From positions 64,221 to 128,220 of the forward strand of contig JBAYIC010000002.1 of NCBI GenBank assembly GCA_041665845.1: a DNA stretch of 64,000 nucleotides, read 5' to 3'. The notes below the pieces were generated by a model that saw only the letters and a list, made by a program, of their open reading frames with translations, did not search any database and was not told the origin of the DNA. The first letter of the stretch is position 1, and every line of letters begins with the position of its first letter. The translations under genes and the position numbers were made by a program. This document shows, one piece after another, positions 36,107 to 44,856 of this stretch. This stretch comes from Patescibacteria group bacterium. GTDB taxonomy: Bacteria > Patescibacteriota > Patescibacteriia > Patescibacteriales > UBA12465.

Positions 36107-36964
36107 TCAAGCGTAGAGCAGTTTTTCGGCCGCTTTAATTCTTATTGATTTCATACTTGCTACATTTGCGTAGGTTTTTCTATTTATTACCATCCCTTTA
36201 TTAAAAAGGAGATAATGAATTTTTCCCCGGCAATTATATTCAAGCACGAAGTTGATGATTTTTTTCTCATCAAAGATCAGCTGTATAAGCCCGTGTAAAT
36301 TGAGGAAATTTATTTCCTCTTCCCCTAAACTAAAGAGGGGAATTTTTTGAAAGGGATAGCCCCTGTAATACGGGCCACTTAAGTTCATCTTTTTCCAAAA
36401 ACGCAGGTTGGCTTCCATTTTTTTCTCGGCCTCTTTTTGTATTTCGGCTAAAGTTGATATTTCCCGATTTGTTTCACCGGCAATAAGTTCATTAATCATT
36501 TTAATGATTAACTTATTGACGCCATTTTGATGGTTAGTATTGAAATCCAGCGAACGTTGAGCTTCGTAAGCTCTGAGCCATCTTTCGGCCTGCTTGTTCT
36601 CGGTTGCTAATACATTTTTAGAGGTTTCAAGCGCTGTTTGAATCCAATCAGAAGATAGACGATAACCGGCTTGTAAAAAAGCTTGTAAACAAATGTTCGC
36701 TTGTTCATGTTTTTGAAAAACCCAAAGCTTAATTTTTCCTTCATTGCGCAAGCGGAAATTAGTCCAAAGACTTAATTCTTGATTTGTTTCCGGCGCGATA
36801 TCAAGAATATAGGCTTCTTCTTTTGGTATAAATTCTTTCTTTGAGAGGTCTTCTATACTTGTTGGCTCAACCATTACGTCGCCATCAAGCTGTAGAAATA
36901 GGGCAGAGGCTAGGAAAACCAAATAAGGTTTTCCTTGATCGAAAAAAATAGTTTTTTGATTCAT
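36107..36964 (-). CDS. Hypothetical protein (285 aa)
   Basis: Long ORF on the minority strand, bounded by a terminator and a divergent promoter region. I recognise no motif. Confidence 0.5.
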   Translation of the reverse strand: MNQKTIFFDQGKPYLVFLASALFLQLDGDVMVEPTSIEDLSKKEFIPKEEAYILDIAPETNQELSLWTNFRLRNEGKIKLWVFQKHEQANICLQAFLQAGYRLSSDWIQTALETSKNVLATENKQAERWLRAYEAQRSLDFNTNHQNGVNKLIIKMINELIAGETNREISTLAEIQKEAEKKMEANLRFWKKMNLSGPYYRGYPFQKIPLFSLGEEEINFLNLHGLIQLIFDEKKIINFVLEYNCRGKIHYLLFNKGMVINRKTYANVASMKSIRIKAAEKLLYA

Positions 36965-37028
36965 GATTCATGATTTTAAGGTGCGACATATTTATTGGTT
37001 CTTAGAATATTATAACCTTTTTATTTAG

Positions 37029-37057
37029 TTGTCAAAGGTCGCTTGAGCCAGTATAAT
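37029..37057 (+). promoter_or_regulatory. Sigma-70 promoter (TTGTCA-17-TATAAT)
   Basis: TTGTCA at 37029-37034 and TATAAT at 37052-37057. This places the TSS downstream of the track TTG start at 37043. Confidence 0.6.
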
Positions 37058-37078
37058 GATTTTATCAATAAGAAAATA

Positions 37079-37642
37079 ATGTCTAAAAAACAAAAGAAAA
37101 TTTTATTAAGGGATCAAGAAGTCTCTTATACCCTTAAGTCGTATCGCTTATCAAGGCGTTTACGTCTTTTAATCTATGGAAATGGTGAAATATCGGTTAC
37201 AAAACCGGTTTTCGTTAACGAAAAAACTGTGGAAGACTTTTTAATTAGTAAGGCAGATTGGATTTTAAATAAGTTAGCGACTCAGAAAAAAACTTTAATC
37301 GCCTCGGGAGTGAAGGATTCCTTAGAGAGTTATTTGAAAAATAAAAAACAAGCGGCGGCTTTAGTGAAAGAGCGCTTGGAATATTTCAATCAGTTTTATG
37401 GTTTTAGATATGGAGCAATAAGTATTAGGCGCCAAAGAACAAGATGGGGAAGTTGTTCTAAAAAAGGAAATTTGAGCTTTAATTATCGCTTAGTATTTTT
37501 AGCGCCCGAAGAGGCCGATTATATTATTGTTCATGAGCTCTGTCATCTTGGCGAATTCAATCATTCTCCTAAATTTTGGGCCTTAGTAGCGAAAACTGTT
37601 CCTAATTATCTAGCCTTGAGACGTAAATTAAAAATGGCCTAA
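37079..37642 (+). CDS. YgjP-like (DUF45 / M48-related) zinc metallopeptidase
   Basis: RTRWGSCSKKGNLSFNYRLVFLAPEEADYIIVHELCHL (HExxH). Start moved to ATG 37079 because the promoter -10 lies inside the longer ORF. Confidence 0.78.
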   Translation: MSKKQKKILLRDQEVSYTLKSYRLSRRLRLLIYGNGEISVTKPVFVNEKTVEDFLISKADWILNKLATQKKTLIASGVKDSLESYLKNKKQAAALVKERLEYFNQFYGFRYGAISIRRQRTRWGSCSKKGNLSFNYRLVFLAPEEADYIIVHELCHLGEFNHSPKFWALVAKTVPNYLALRRKLKMA

Positions 37643-37694
37643 AATCAGTAAATTTGTTATAATTTAACCGCTAATAAACTAATTATAAATATAT

Positions 37695-38288
37695 ATGTTC
37701 GTTCTAAAACCTTTGCCATTTGCTAAAAATGCGCTTGAGCCATATATTTCCGAAAAGACTCTGGAGTTTCATTACGGAAAGCATCATCAGACTTATGTTG
37801 ATAATCTAAATAAACTTATTGCTTCGACTGAATTTGAAGGTTCTTTTTTGGAAGAAATTATTATTAAAACAGCTAGTCAACCGGAGCGAGTAGCTATTTT
37901 TAATAATGCCGCTCAAGTTTACAACCATGATTTGTTTTGGTCTTGCTTGAGTGCTAAAGCGGAAGATAGAAATATTCCTGAAAAAGTTTTAATGGCAATA
38001 AATTCAAGCTTTGGTTCTTTGGATAATTTCTATGAGCAATTTAAAACGGCTGCCCTTGGTCAATTCGGTAGTGGTTGGGTATGGCTAGTTAAAGGAGAAA
38101 ATGGCTTAGAAATAATAAAAACCACTAATGCCGATAATCCTTTAGCTAAAGGATTAAAACCACTCCTAGCTCTCGATGTCTGGGAGCATTCTTATTATCT
38201 CGATTATCAAAATAAGCGGGTTGATTATATTGAAGCGGTTGTAAAAAACCTATTTAATTGGAGCTTTGTTCAAACTAATCTTTCTTAA
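37695..38288 (+). CDS. Fe/Mn superoxide dismutase
   Basis: LPFAKNALEPYIS..TLEFHYGKHHQTYV, FNNAAQVYNHDLFW, GSGWVWL, LDVWEHSYYLDYQN. Confidence 0.92.
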   Translation: MFVLKPLPFAKNALEPYISEKTLEFHYGKHHQTYVDNLNKLIASTEFEGSFLEEIIIKTASQPERVAIFNNAAQVYNHDLFWSCLSAKAEDRNIPEKVLMAINSSFGSLDNFYEQFKTAALGQFGSGWVWLVKGENGLEIIKTTNADNPLAKGLKPLLALDVWEHSYYLDYQNKRVDYIEAVVKNLFNWSFVQTNLS

Positions 38289-38294
38289 AAAATT

Positions 38295-38978
38295 ATGTAT
38301 CAAAATCCCTACATTAAGATCCAGCCGAAGACCAACAAACCTTATACCGAAATACTTTTAGTTCGCCATTGTCATCCGGACTATAAACAAGAAAAGAAAC
38401 TGGGTGACAAAGAGATGCCGCTTTCTAAGTCCGGATTGGAACAGAGGAAATATTTAACGAGACGTCTTTTGAAATCCAAAATAGATATTATTTGTTCTAG
38501 TGAATTAGCTAGAGCCAAAGAAACAGCCGCTGAGTTTGTTAAAAAATCAGGTAAAGAGCTAATAATCAACCCGAGACTTAACGAATTTAATTGGGTTGAT
38601 TGGTATCGGATTAAATATTTTAACATGACGGAAAAAGAAAGGGAAAAACGTTTGAAGCGGCATGAGCTTCTTGATAAAGAATTAGATAAAATGCAAACAG
38701 CAACTAGACGCGCTTTAGCTGATATTTTTCACCGTTATAAAGGCAAGAAAGTTGCAATTTTTTGTCATGGAAATTTCATCAAATCATTACTCACCGGGAT
38801 TTTGAATGCTGATATTATCGGTTTTTTGTCGATGGAAATATTTCAATCTTCAATCAGCAAGATAATAGTTGATCGAGATGGCTATATTAAAATAATTTCT
38901 ATTAATGACGTTCATCACTTACCATTTCCTCCGGATAAAGACGTCTTTGTTACTTTATTAGATTATGAAGAAAGATAA
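38295..38978 (+). CDS. Histidine phosphatase (phosphoglycerate-mutase-like) family protein
   Basis: LLVRHCHPDY (RH motif), SSELARAKETA, FCHGNFIKSL. Confidence 0.72.
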   Translation: MYQNPYIKIQPKTNKPYTEILLVRHCHPDYKQEKKLGDKEMPLSKSGLEQRKYLTRRLLKSKIDIICSSELARAKETAAEFVKKSGKELIINPRLNEFNWVDWYRIKYFNMTEKEREKRLKRHELLDKELDKMQTATRRALADIFHRYKGKKVAIFCHGNFIKSLLTGILNADIIGFLSMEIFQSSISKIIVDRDGYIKIISINDVHHLPFPPDKDVFVTLLDYEER

Positions 38979-40314
38979 ATTAAAATTTTTATTATTTCTA
39001 TTTGGCCTAGTACTTGTTAGTACCAGTTTTTCTTTTGGTCGCGCCGCTGAAGCCGCTAGTTTAAATGGTCGGATACTTCTTCAAGTTCAAGATAAGGGCC
39101 AGGCTTGGTATGTTAATCCCCTTAATTCTAGGCGTTATTATCTTGGTCGTCCAGATGACGCCTATAATATAATGCGTGATTTTGGTTTAGGTGCTTCAAC
39201 TAAAGATATCGATTCTTTTCTAGCGAGCCATGCACCGACCCGTTTATCGGGAAGGATTATTTTAAAAGTTCAAGATAAGGGCCAGGCTTATTATATTAAT
39301 CCTTTAAATCTTAAGCTTTATTATTTAGGAAGGCCGGAGGACGCTTTTAATGTTATCAGAAGTTTGGGTTTAGGAATTAGCAATAATGATTTAAGCAAGA
39401 TTTTAATTGGGAATAATTCTGCAGTTCAAGCTTCGCCTTCGCCAGTTATAGGCGTGGTCCCTTCAACGCTTAGCAGCGTTGAAAAATATTTTTCCTTCAA
39501 ATATAAGAATGCTAATCAAATGGTAACCCTAAAACTATCGCCTTCACTTTATGAAGATTATGCTACATCTGTAAAAGTATTTAGTTATCCGGCTAATAAT
39601 CCACCGGCTAACTTGCGTGAAGCTTTTTATAACATTTTTTTTCAAACTAAAGCTAATGATACTGCGGTTAATGATTTAGTGAATAGTTTATCTGCTGTAG
39701 CTAAAAATAATGGCTGGTCGGACGATGAGTTAGCGGAAAGCGCCTTAGCTCTTGTTCAATATATTCCTTATGACCAAGCTAAAGTTGGAGCAGTAACCAA
39801 TAATCCATATTTTCCTTATGAAACACTATATTTGAATAAAGGTGTTTGCTCAGATAAGACTTTTTTAGCTTTAGCAATTTTGAAAAAACTCGGATATGGA
39901 ACAGCGATTTTAGATTTTCCTGATATTAACCATAGTGCTATCGGAATTTCTTGCCCAGTTGAATATTCTATTTCTAGCTCTGGTTATTGTTATGGAGAAA
40001 CAACTAATTATTTTCCAATCGGAGTAATCCCTAACGGTATAAATGGCCAAGCACAAACCGGGGATGATGATTATAACTTTGATGGATTATTTAATGAAAC
40101 AAAATTAGGTAAGATTGAGATTTTACGAAAAAGTTCCGGCAAGGTATATCAGGGCGTTTTAATAACCAAGCAGAAAGTAGTAGAGATGACTGCCTTGTAT
40201 AATTCGATAATTAATATGAAAGATGATGGCGGATTTGAATATAATACCGCTCTTGATTATAATCAGCGAGTTGCAAATTTTAATAAACTTTTGAAAGATT
40301 TTTATCAGCAGTAA
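38965..40314 (+). CDS. Secreted protein: signal peptide, duplicated ~55-aa domain, C-terminal possible transglutaminase-like Cys-His core
   Basis: MKKDKLKFLLFLFGLVLVSTSFSFGRAAEA signal peptide, then two copies of GRI(L/I)L(Q/K)VQDKGQA(W/Y)Y(V/I)NPLN..YYLGRP(D/E)DA(Y/F)N..R..GLG. Later come KGVCSDKTFLALAILKKLGYGTAI and INHSAIGI. The transglutaminase assignment is tentative. Confidence 0.5.
   Translation: MKKDKLKFLLFLFGLVLVSTSFSFGRAAEAASLNGRILLQVQDKGQAWYVNPLNSRRYYLGRPDDAYNIMRDFGLGASTKDIDSFLASHAPTRLSGRIILKVQDKGQAYYINPLNLKLYYLGRPEDAFNVIRSLGLGISNNDLSKILIGNNSAVQASPSPVIGVVPSTLSSVEKYFSFKYKNANQMVTLKLSPSLYEDYATSVKVFSYPANNPPANLREAFYNIFFQTKANDTAVNDLVNSLSAVAKNNGWSDDELAESALALVQYIPYDQAKVGAVTNNPYFPYETLYLNKGVCSDKTFLALAILKKLGYGTAILDFPDINHSAIGISCPVEYSISSSGYCYGETTNYFPIGVIPNGINGQAQTGDDDYNFDGLFNETKLGKIEILRKSSGKVYQGVLITKQKVVEMTALYNSIINMKDDGGFEYNTALDYNQRVANFNKLLKDFYQQ
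39058..39402 (+). repeat. Internal tandem domain duplication (two ~165-nt units) within the secreted protein gene
   Basis: Units at 39058-39222 and 39241-39402 share the identical run AAGTTCAAGATAAGGGCCAGGCTT and conserved flanks. Confidence 0.8.
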
Positions 40315-40317
40315 ATT

Positions 40318-40779
40318 ATGCTTGATTTAACTATCCTTGCATATGGCAAAATAAAAGAAACATATTGGCAAACAGCCTCCGAAGAATATTTGAAGAGATT
40401 GAAGCCTTATGCCAAGATTGTAATTGAAGAATTAAAAAGTGAACCGTTCTCTAAAGCCGGTCATGAAATTGCTAAACAGGAAGAAGCTAAGCGTTTAGAA
40501 AAATATTTAAGCCGTAGGCCAGGGGCAACGGTTTTTTTATTGGCCGAAAAAGGAGAGGAACTAGACTCTTTAGTTTTTTCAAAGAAATTGGATCAAATAG
40601 TCGGTCCCATTATTTTAATAATTGGAGGAAGCTTAGGGTTTAGCCAGGAAATTTTTACATCATACAAAAAAATATCTTTATCTAAGCTAACTTTTCCGCA
40701 TGAACTCGCTAGAGTAATACTACTTGAACAAATTTATCGAGCGGTAACTATTTTAAATAAGAAAGAATATCATTATTAA
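40318..40779 (+). CDS. rlmH: 23S rRNA (pseudouridine1915-N3)-methyltransferase RlmH (SPOUT)
   Basis: LTILAYGKIKETYW..., IILIIGGSLGFSQEI, LSLSKLTFPHELARVILLEQIYRA. Confidence 0.88.
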   Translation: MLDLTILAYGKIKETYWQTASEEYLKRLKPYAKIVIEELKSEPFSKAGHEIAKQEEAKRLEKYLSRRPGATVFLLAEKGEELDSLVFSKKLDQIVGPIILIIGGSLGFSQEIFTSYKKISLSKLTFPHELARVILLEQIYRAVTILNKKEYHY

Positions 40780-40790
40780 AAAGTTTAAAT

Positions 40791-41525
40791 ATGAGCTATT
40801 TTAAAGAAATTTCTACAAGTTTAAATAATTTAGCTGATAAAAAACAAGCTCTTATCTTGCAGCGCTTTTTTAAGACTGGGCCTGGTCAATATGGAGAGGG
40901 TGATATTTTTTTAGGAATTAAAGTCCCTGTTTCTCGTAAAATAGCGGTTGAATACAATTCGGCTTCTTTAGCGGATATTAGTCGACTCTTAAAAAGTCGT
41001 TTTCATGAATATCGGTTAGTTGGACTTTTTATTTTAGTGTATCAATATGAAATAGCTACGCTTGAGGCAGAAAGAAAAAAGATTTTTGATTTTTATCTTA
41101 AAAATACTAAGTTTATCAACAATTGGGACTTAGTAGACTTAAGCGCCCCTAAAATAGTTGGGCATTTTCTATTTCATTATCAAAAAATATATAAAAGTGA
41201 ACTGAATAATTTATTAAATAAATTAGCCATCTCTTCTAACCTTTGGGAAAAAAGAATAGTGATGATTTCAACTTTTTATTTTATTCGTCAAGGTAGTTCT
41301 AAAGAAGTTTTCCTTTATGCCAAAAAGTTTCTAAATGATAAGCATGACTTAATGCATAAAGCGGTTGGTTGGATGTTAAGAGAGGCGGGGAAAAGAGTGA
41401 GCCGGGATAAGTTACTCAATTTTTTGGATGCTAATATTAGCAAAATGCCTCGTACCGCTTTACGCTATGCTATTGAACATTTACCAGAAAAGCAGAGAAA
41501 AGCCTATTTACATTGTCGTTTTTAA
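40791..41525 (+). CDS. DNA alkylation repair protein (AlkD-like HEAT-repeat glycosylase family)
   Basis: LQRFFKTGPGQYGEGDIFLGIKVPVSRKIA, NNWDLVD, WEKRI, HKAVGWMLRE. Confidence 0.8.
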   Translation: MSYFKEISTSLNNLADKKQALILQRFFKTGPGQYGEGDIFLGIKVPVSRKIAVEYNSASLADISRLLKSRFHEYRLVGLFILVYQYEIATLEAERKKIFDFYLKNTKFINNWDLVDLSAPKIVGHFLFHYQKIYKSELNNLLNKLAISSNLWEKRIVMISTFYFIRQGSSKEVFLYAKKFLNDKHDLMHKAVGWMLREAGKRVSRDKLLNFLDANISKMPRTALRYAIEHLPEKQRKAYLHCRF

Positions 41526-41569
41526 CGTTTGTGCTATAATTTCATTACTTATTTATTAAATATAAATAT

Positions 41570-42343
41570 ATGTCAGAAAATAATTTACAAACATCTTCTT
41601 GGCGCCAACCTAAGGTTTGGTTAATGTTAATTGGAATTTTGCTATTGGCTGGAGTAATCGTTATTTCTCTGTTAAGAGATAGAATTGTTAATCAAACTTT
41701 TAGACAAGTTACTATTATTGGCCAAGGAAAAGTCTCTTATACACCCGATTTAGCAATTGTAACTTTAGGAGTCCAAATTGATAAAGTTGCTAAAGCCGAT
41801 GAAGCTTTAAATCAGCTCAATGTTAAAATGGATAATATTATTAAAGCAGTCAAAGGTCTTAATGTTATAGAAGCTGATATTCAAACACAAAATTATTCTC
41901 TTTATCCTCAATATGATTATAAAGATAATATTTCTATTGTTTCCGGTTATAATGCTAATCAACAATTAGTTATAAAAGTTACTGGTTACGATAAAGATTC
42001 TTCACGGCTTAATAAGGTGATTGCCGCCGCCTCTAAGGCTGGAGCCAACCAAGTCGCTGGTCTAACTTTTGATTCTTCGCAACTTAACGATTTAAAACAA
42101 AAGGCTCGAGTTGAGGCGATTAAAGATGCAAATAATAAGAGTCAAGAATTAGCCGATGCGGCCGGAGTACGACTCAAAGAAATTGGTAGTTGGTGGGAAA
42201 ATACTGTTCAGCCTTTGCCTTATTCTTCTTATGCTGATGGTAAGGGCGGAATGGGTGGCGCTAATGGCTCGGTCGATCCGCAAGTTACAGTTGGTAGTCG
42301 GGAAGTAATTGTTGAGATGGGAGTCACTTATAATCTTAAATAA
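41570..42343 (+). CDS. SIMPL (DUF541) domain membrane-anchored protein
   Basis: A TM helix, then VTIIGQGKVSYTPDLAIVTLGV... and a C-terminal ...SREVIVEMGVTYNL, typical of SIMPL. Confidence 0.78.
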   Translation: MSENNLQTSSWRQPKVWLMLIGILLLAGVIVISLLRDRIVNQTFRQVTIIGQGKVSYTPDLAIVTLGVQIDKVAKADEALNQLNVKMDNIIKAVKGLNVIEADIQTQNYSLYPQYDYKDNISIVSGYNANQQLVIKVTGYDKDSSRLNKVIAAASKAGANQVAGLTFDSSQLNDLKQKARVEAIKDANNKSQELADAAGVRLKEIGSWWENTVQPLPYSSYADGKGGMGGANGSVDPQVTVGSREVIVEMGVTYNLK

Positions 42344-42382
42344 ATTAAAATACTTTAGCTAAATAAGTCTATTAATCTTCAT

Positions 42383-44851
42383 ATGAATGGAAACGAAAAT
42401 CCTGATCAGCATAAATCAACTTTAACTGGAAAGACGATTCTGATCGTTAATAGTAATTCTGCTAATGATCCACTTCATTCTAAAAAACTTTTCATTAAAA
42501 AGGCTAAAAACTTAGGAATGAAAATAATCATTTTTGGTACTGAAGCGGCGACTTTCCAACCTTATGCCGATTATTGTATTAATGCTAATACTACTAATTA
42601 CATTGAATCACTCAATACTTTAGAATTATTTTTACAGGATAACCCGACGATTAAATTAGATGGGGCGGCTACTTTTTTAGAAGATGATGTATTATTAGTT
42701 TCTAAAATAATCGACCGCTATAAATTAATTGGAATTCCTTATCGAGTCGCTAACAGGGTTCGGAATAAATTTTTATTTCGAGAATTCTGTGCTCAAAATG
42801 GCTTACCGGTAGTTAAGTTTAAAGAACTTAAGAGTGTGAAAGATATTGATGAAGTTCTTAAAAGTTTTACTTTTCCCCTAGTCGTTAAGCCGGCTTATGG
42901 TGCGGGAAGTGCTTTTGTGATGCGGGTTAACGATGAAGAAGAATTAAGGGAGAGTTATGATTATATAAAAAAAGAAATGTCGCCTAAAGTAGAATCAGCT
43001 TTATCAGATGGCCTCGGTATTTTTATTGAAGAATATATTGATGGCGATGAAGTTGATTTAGATATTCTTGTTCAAAATGGAAAAATAAAATTCTGTGCGG
43101 TCTCAGATAATGGCCAAACCAAGGAGCCGTTTTTTATTGAAACAACCAGAATGACTCCGTCTAATTTACCAGCTAAAAATCAAGCCCAACTCCTTACTAT
43201 GGCTGATGAAACTTTAGAAAAGCTTGGTATTTTAAATGGTTGTATCCATTTTGAGGCTAAGTCTACGGCGCAAGGTCCGATGCCGCTTGAGATTAACCTG
43301 AGATTAGGAGGCGATGAGGTTTATGCGAGTGTTAAAGCGGCTTGGCGCGTTGATTTAATTGAAAATTATTTGAAAGTAGTTTGTGGAATATATATTCCTC
43401 GGTTTGAATTTCCTTCCGGACCTTATCAATATTTAGTTGCAGAAACTTTTTCTTCTGGACATTCTGGAATATTAGTTAATTTAGAAATTAATGATAACCT
43501 GAAGAAGCTTCCATATGTAGAAGAATTCCAATTTGAAAAAAAGATTGGCGATTCAGTGATGTCGCCTCCAGATGGCTATGAATATTTAGGTTGGATTTTA
43601 GTTTCCGGGCATAACCCGCTTGATGCTCAAGATAATCTTCGTCAAGCAGTTAGTTTAGTAAATTACGAAGTTGCTAAATTTCATCCGGCTTCTTCGATCG
43701 GAAAAACGGCTCGTAAAACACCTTTTTCTATTTCGGCGGTTAATAGAGAAATATTAAAGCGCGGGTCAAAGATTGAAAAGATTAGGCGGATGGCGATATC
43801 TAACCAACGCAATTTGCATATTGGTATTGCTTGTAATCTTTATGATGAAAATGCTCAAGATCAAGAGACGCTGGTTGAAAATGATTTAACGCTGATTGGC
43901 AAAGAAGTAGAAACGGCCTTAAAAGCTCGAGGATATAAATTAACTTTTTTTGACTTTAATGATTTGCCCAAGGTTTTTAATGAATTAAAAAACAGCGATG
44001 TCGATTTAGTTTTTAATGTCTGCGAGCGCATTAATAATTCAAGTTTGCTAGAACCGCATGTCGCTTCTATTTTTGATGTCTTGCAGATTCCTTATACCGG
44101 CTCCAATCCGTTTACGCTCGGGCTTTGTATTGATAAAATAAGAGTTAAAAAGCTTTTAAATTATCATAAAATTCCGACTCCAGAATGGGACTACATTTAT
44201 TCACTTGATGATGAAGTTAGGGATGATTTACGTTATCCGCTGATTGTTAAGCCGGCTAATACCGATAATTCCATCGGTATTACCAACGATTCTGTGGTAA
44301 GAGATGAAAAAGAATTGCGCCGTCAACTAGAAAAAGTAATCGGTGAAATCGGCCGCCCGGCTTTAATTGAAGAATATATCGATGGCGATGAATATGATGT
44401 TCCAATTATCGGACGTGATGATGATGACTTGAGAGTCCTACCTTTATCGCGTTCTATTTTTGATGAGCTTCCGGCTGATAAATGGCATATTTATCCGTTT
44501 GAAGCTAAATATACCGAAGGCTCGATTTACGATAAAATAATTATTCAGAGACCGCCGAAAAATATCAGCAAAAAATTGGAAACACTGCTGGGCGAAATTG
44601 CGCTTGATACTTATAAAATTTTGGATTGCCATGATTATGGCCGTATCGAAATTAGAGTTGATAAAAATAATAATCCTTACGTTTTAGAATTAAATCCCAA
44701 TCCATCCTTGAATCAGGACGGTTGTTTCGCCGCTTCGGCGGAAGTGGTGGGGATGGATTATGGAGATTTTTTGGAAGAAATTATTCGTTTAGCGATTAAA
44801 CGATATAAAGATAATCCTCCTTATTATCATCTTCAGCCAAATATCCTGTAA
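42383..44851 (+). CDS. Fusion of two ATP-grasp ligases (N-terminal L-amino-acid-ligase-like half plus C-terminal D-Ala-D-Ala-ligase-like half)
   Basis: N half: FPLVVKPAYGAGSAFVMRV, IEEYIDGDEVDLDILV, HFEAK..PLEINLRLGGD. C half: LEPHVASIFDVLQIPYTGSNP, YPLIVKPANTDNSIGIT, IEEYIDGDEYDVPIIG, GRIEIRVDKNNNPYVLELNPNPSL. Confidence 0.75.
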   Translation: MNGNENPDQHKSTLTGKTILIVNSNSANDPLHSKKLFIKKAKNLGMKIIIFGTEAATFQPYADYCINANTTNYIESLNTLELFLQDNPTIKLDGAATFLEDDVLLVSKIIDRYKLIGIPYRVANRVRNKFLFREFCAQNGLPVVKFKELKSVKDIDEVLKSFTFPLVVKPAYGAGSAFVMRVNDEEELRESYDYIKKEMSPKVESALSDGLGIFIEEYIDGDEVDLDILVQNGKIKFCAVSDNGQTKEPFFIETTRMTPSNLPAKNQAQLLTMADETLEKLGILNGCIHFEAKSTAQGPMPLEINLRLGGDEVYASVKAAWRVDLIENYLKVVCGIYIPRFEFPSGPYQYLVAETFSSGHSGILVNLEINDNLKKLPYVEEFQFEKKIGDSVMSPPDGYEYLGWILVSGHNPLDAQDNLRQAVSLVNYEVAKFHPASSIGKTARKTPFSISAVNREILKRGSKIEKIRRMAISNQRNLHIGIACNLYDENAQDQETLVENDLTLIGKEVETALKARGYKLTFFDFNDLPKVFNELKNSDVDLVFNVCERINNSSLLEPHVASIFDVLQIPYTGSNPFTLGLCIDKIRVKKLLNYHKIPTPEWDYIYSLDDEVRDDLRYPLIVKPANTDNSIGITNDSVVRDEKELRRQLEKVIGEIGRPALIEEYIDGDEYDVPIIGRDDDDLRVLPLSRSIFDELPADKWHIYPFEAKYTEGSIYDKIIIQRPPKNISKKLETLLGEIALDTYKILDCHDYGRIEIRVDKNNNPYVLELNPNPSLNQDGCFAASAEVVGMDYGDFLEEIIRLAIKRYKDNPPYYHLQPNIL

Positions 44852-44856
44852 AAGAT

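Noticed and set aside
36958-36974. Tandem TTCATGA TTCATGA duplication at the 5' end of the 36107-36964 gene.
   Set aside because: It is a two-copy 7-mer spanning the start codon region, most simply a chance duplication in AT-rich sequence. It has no inverted partner or target-site-like context.
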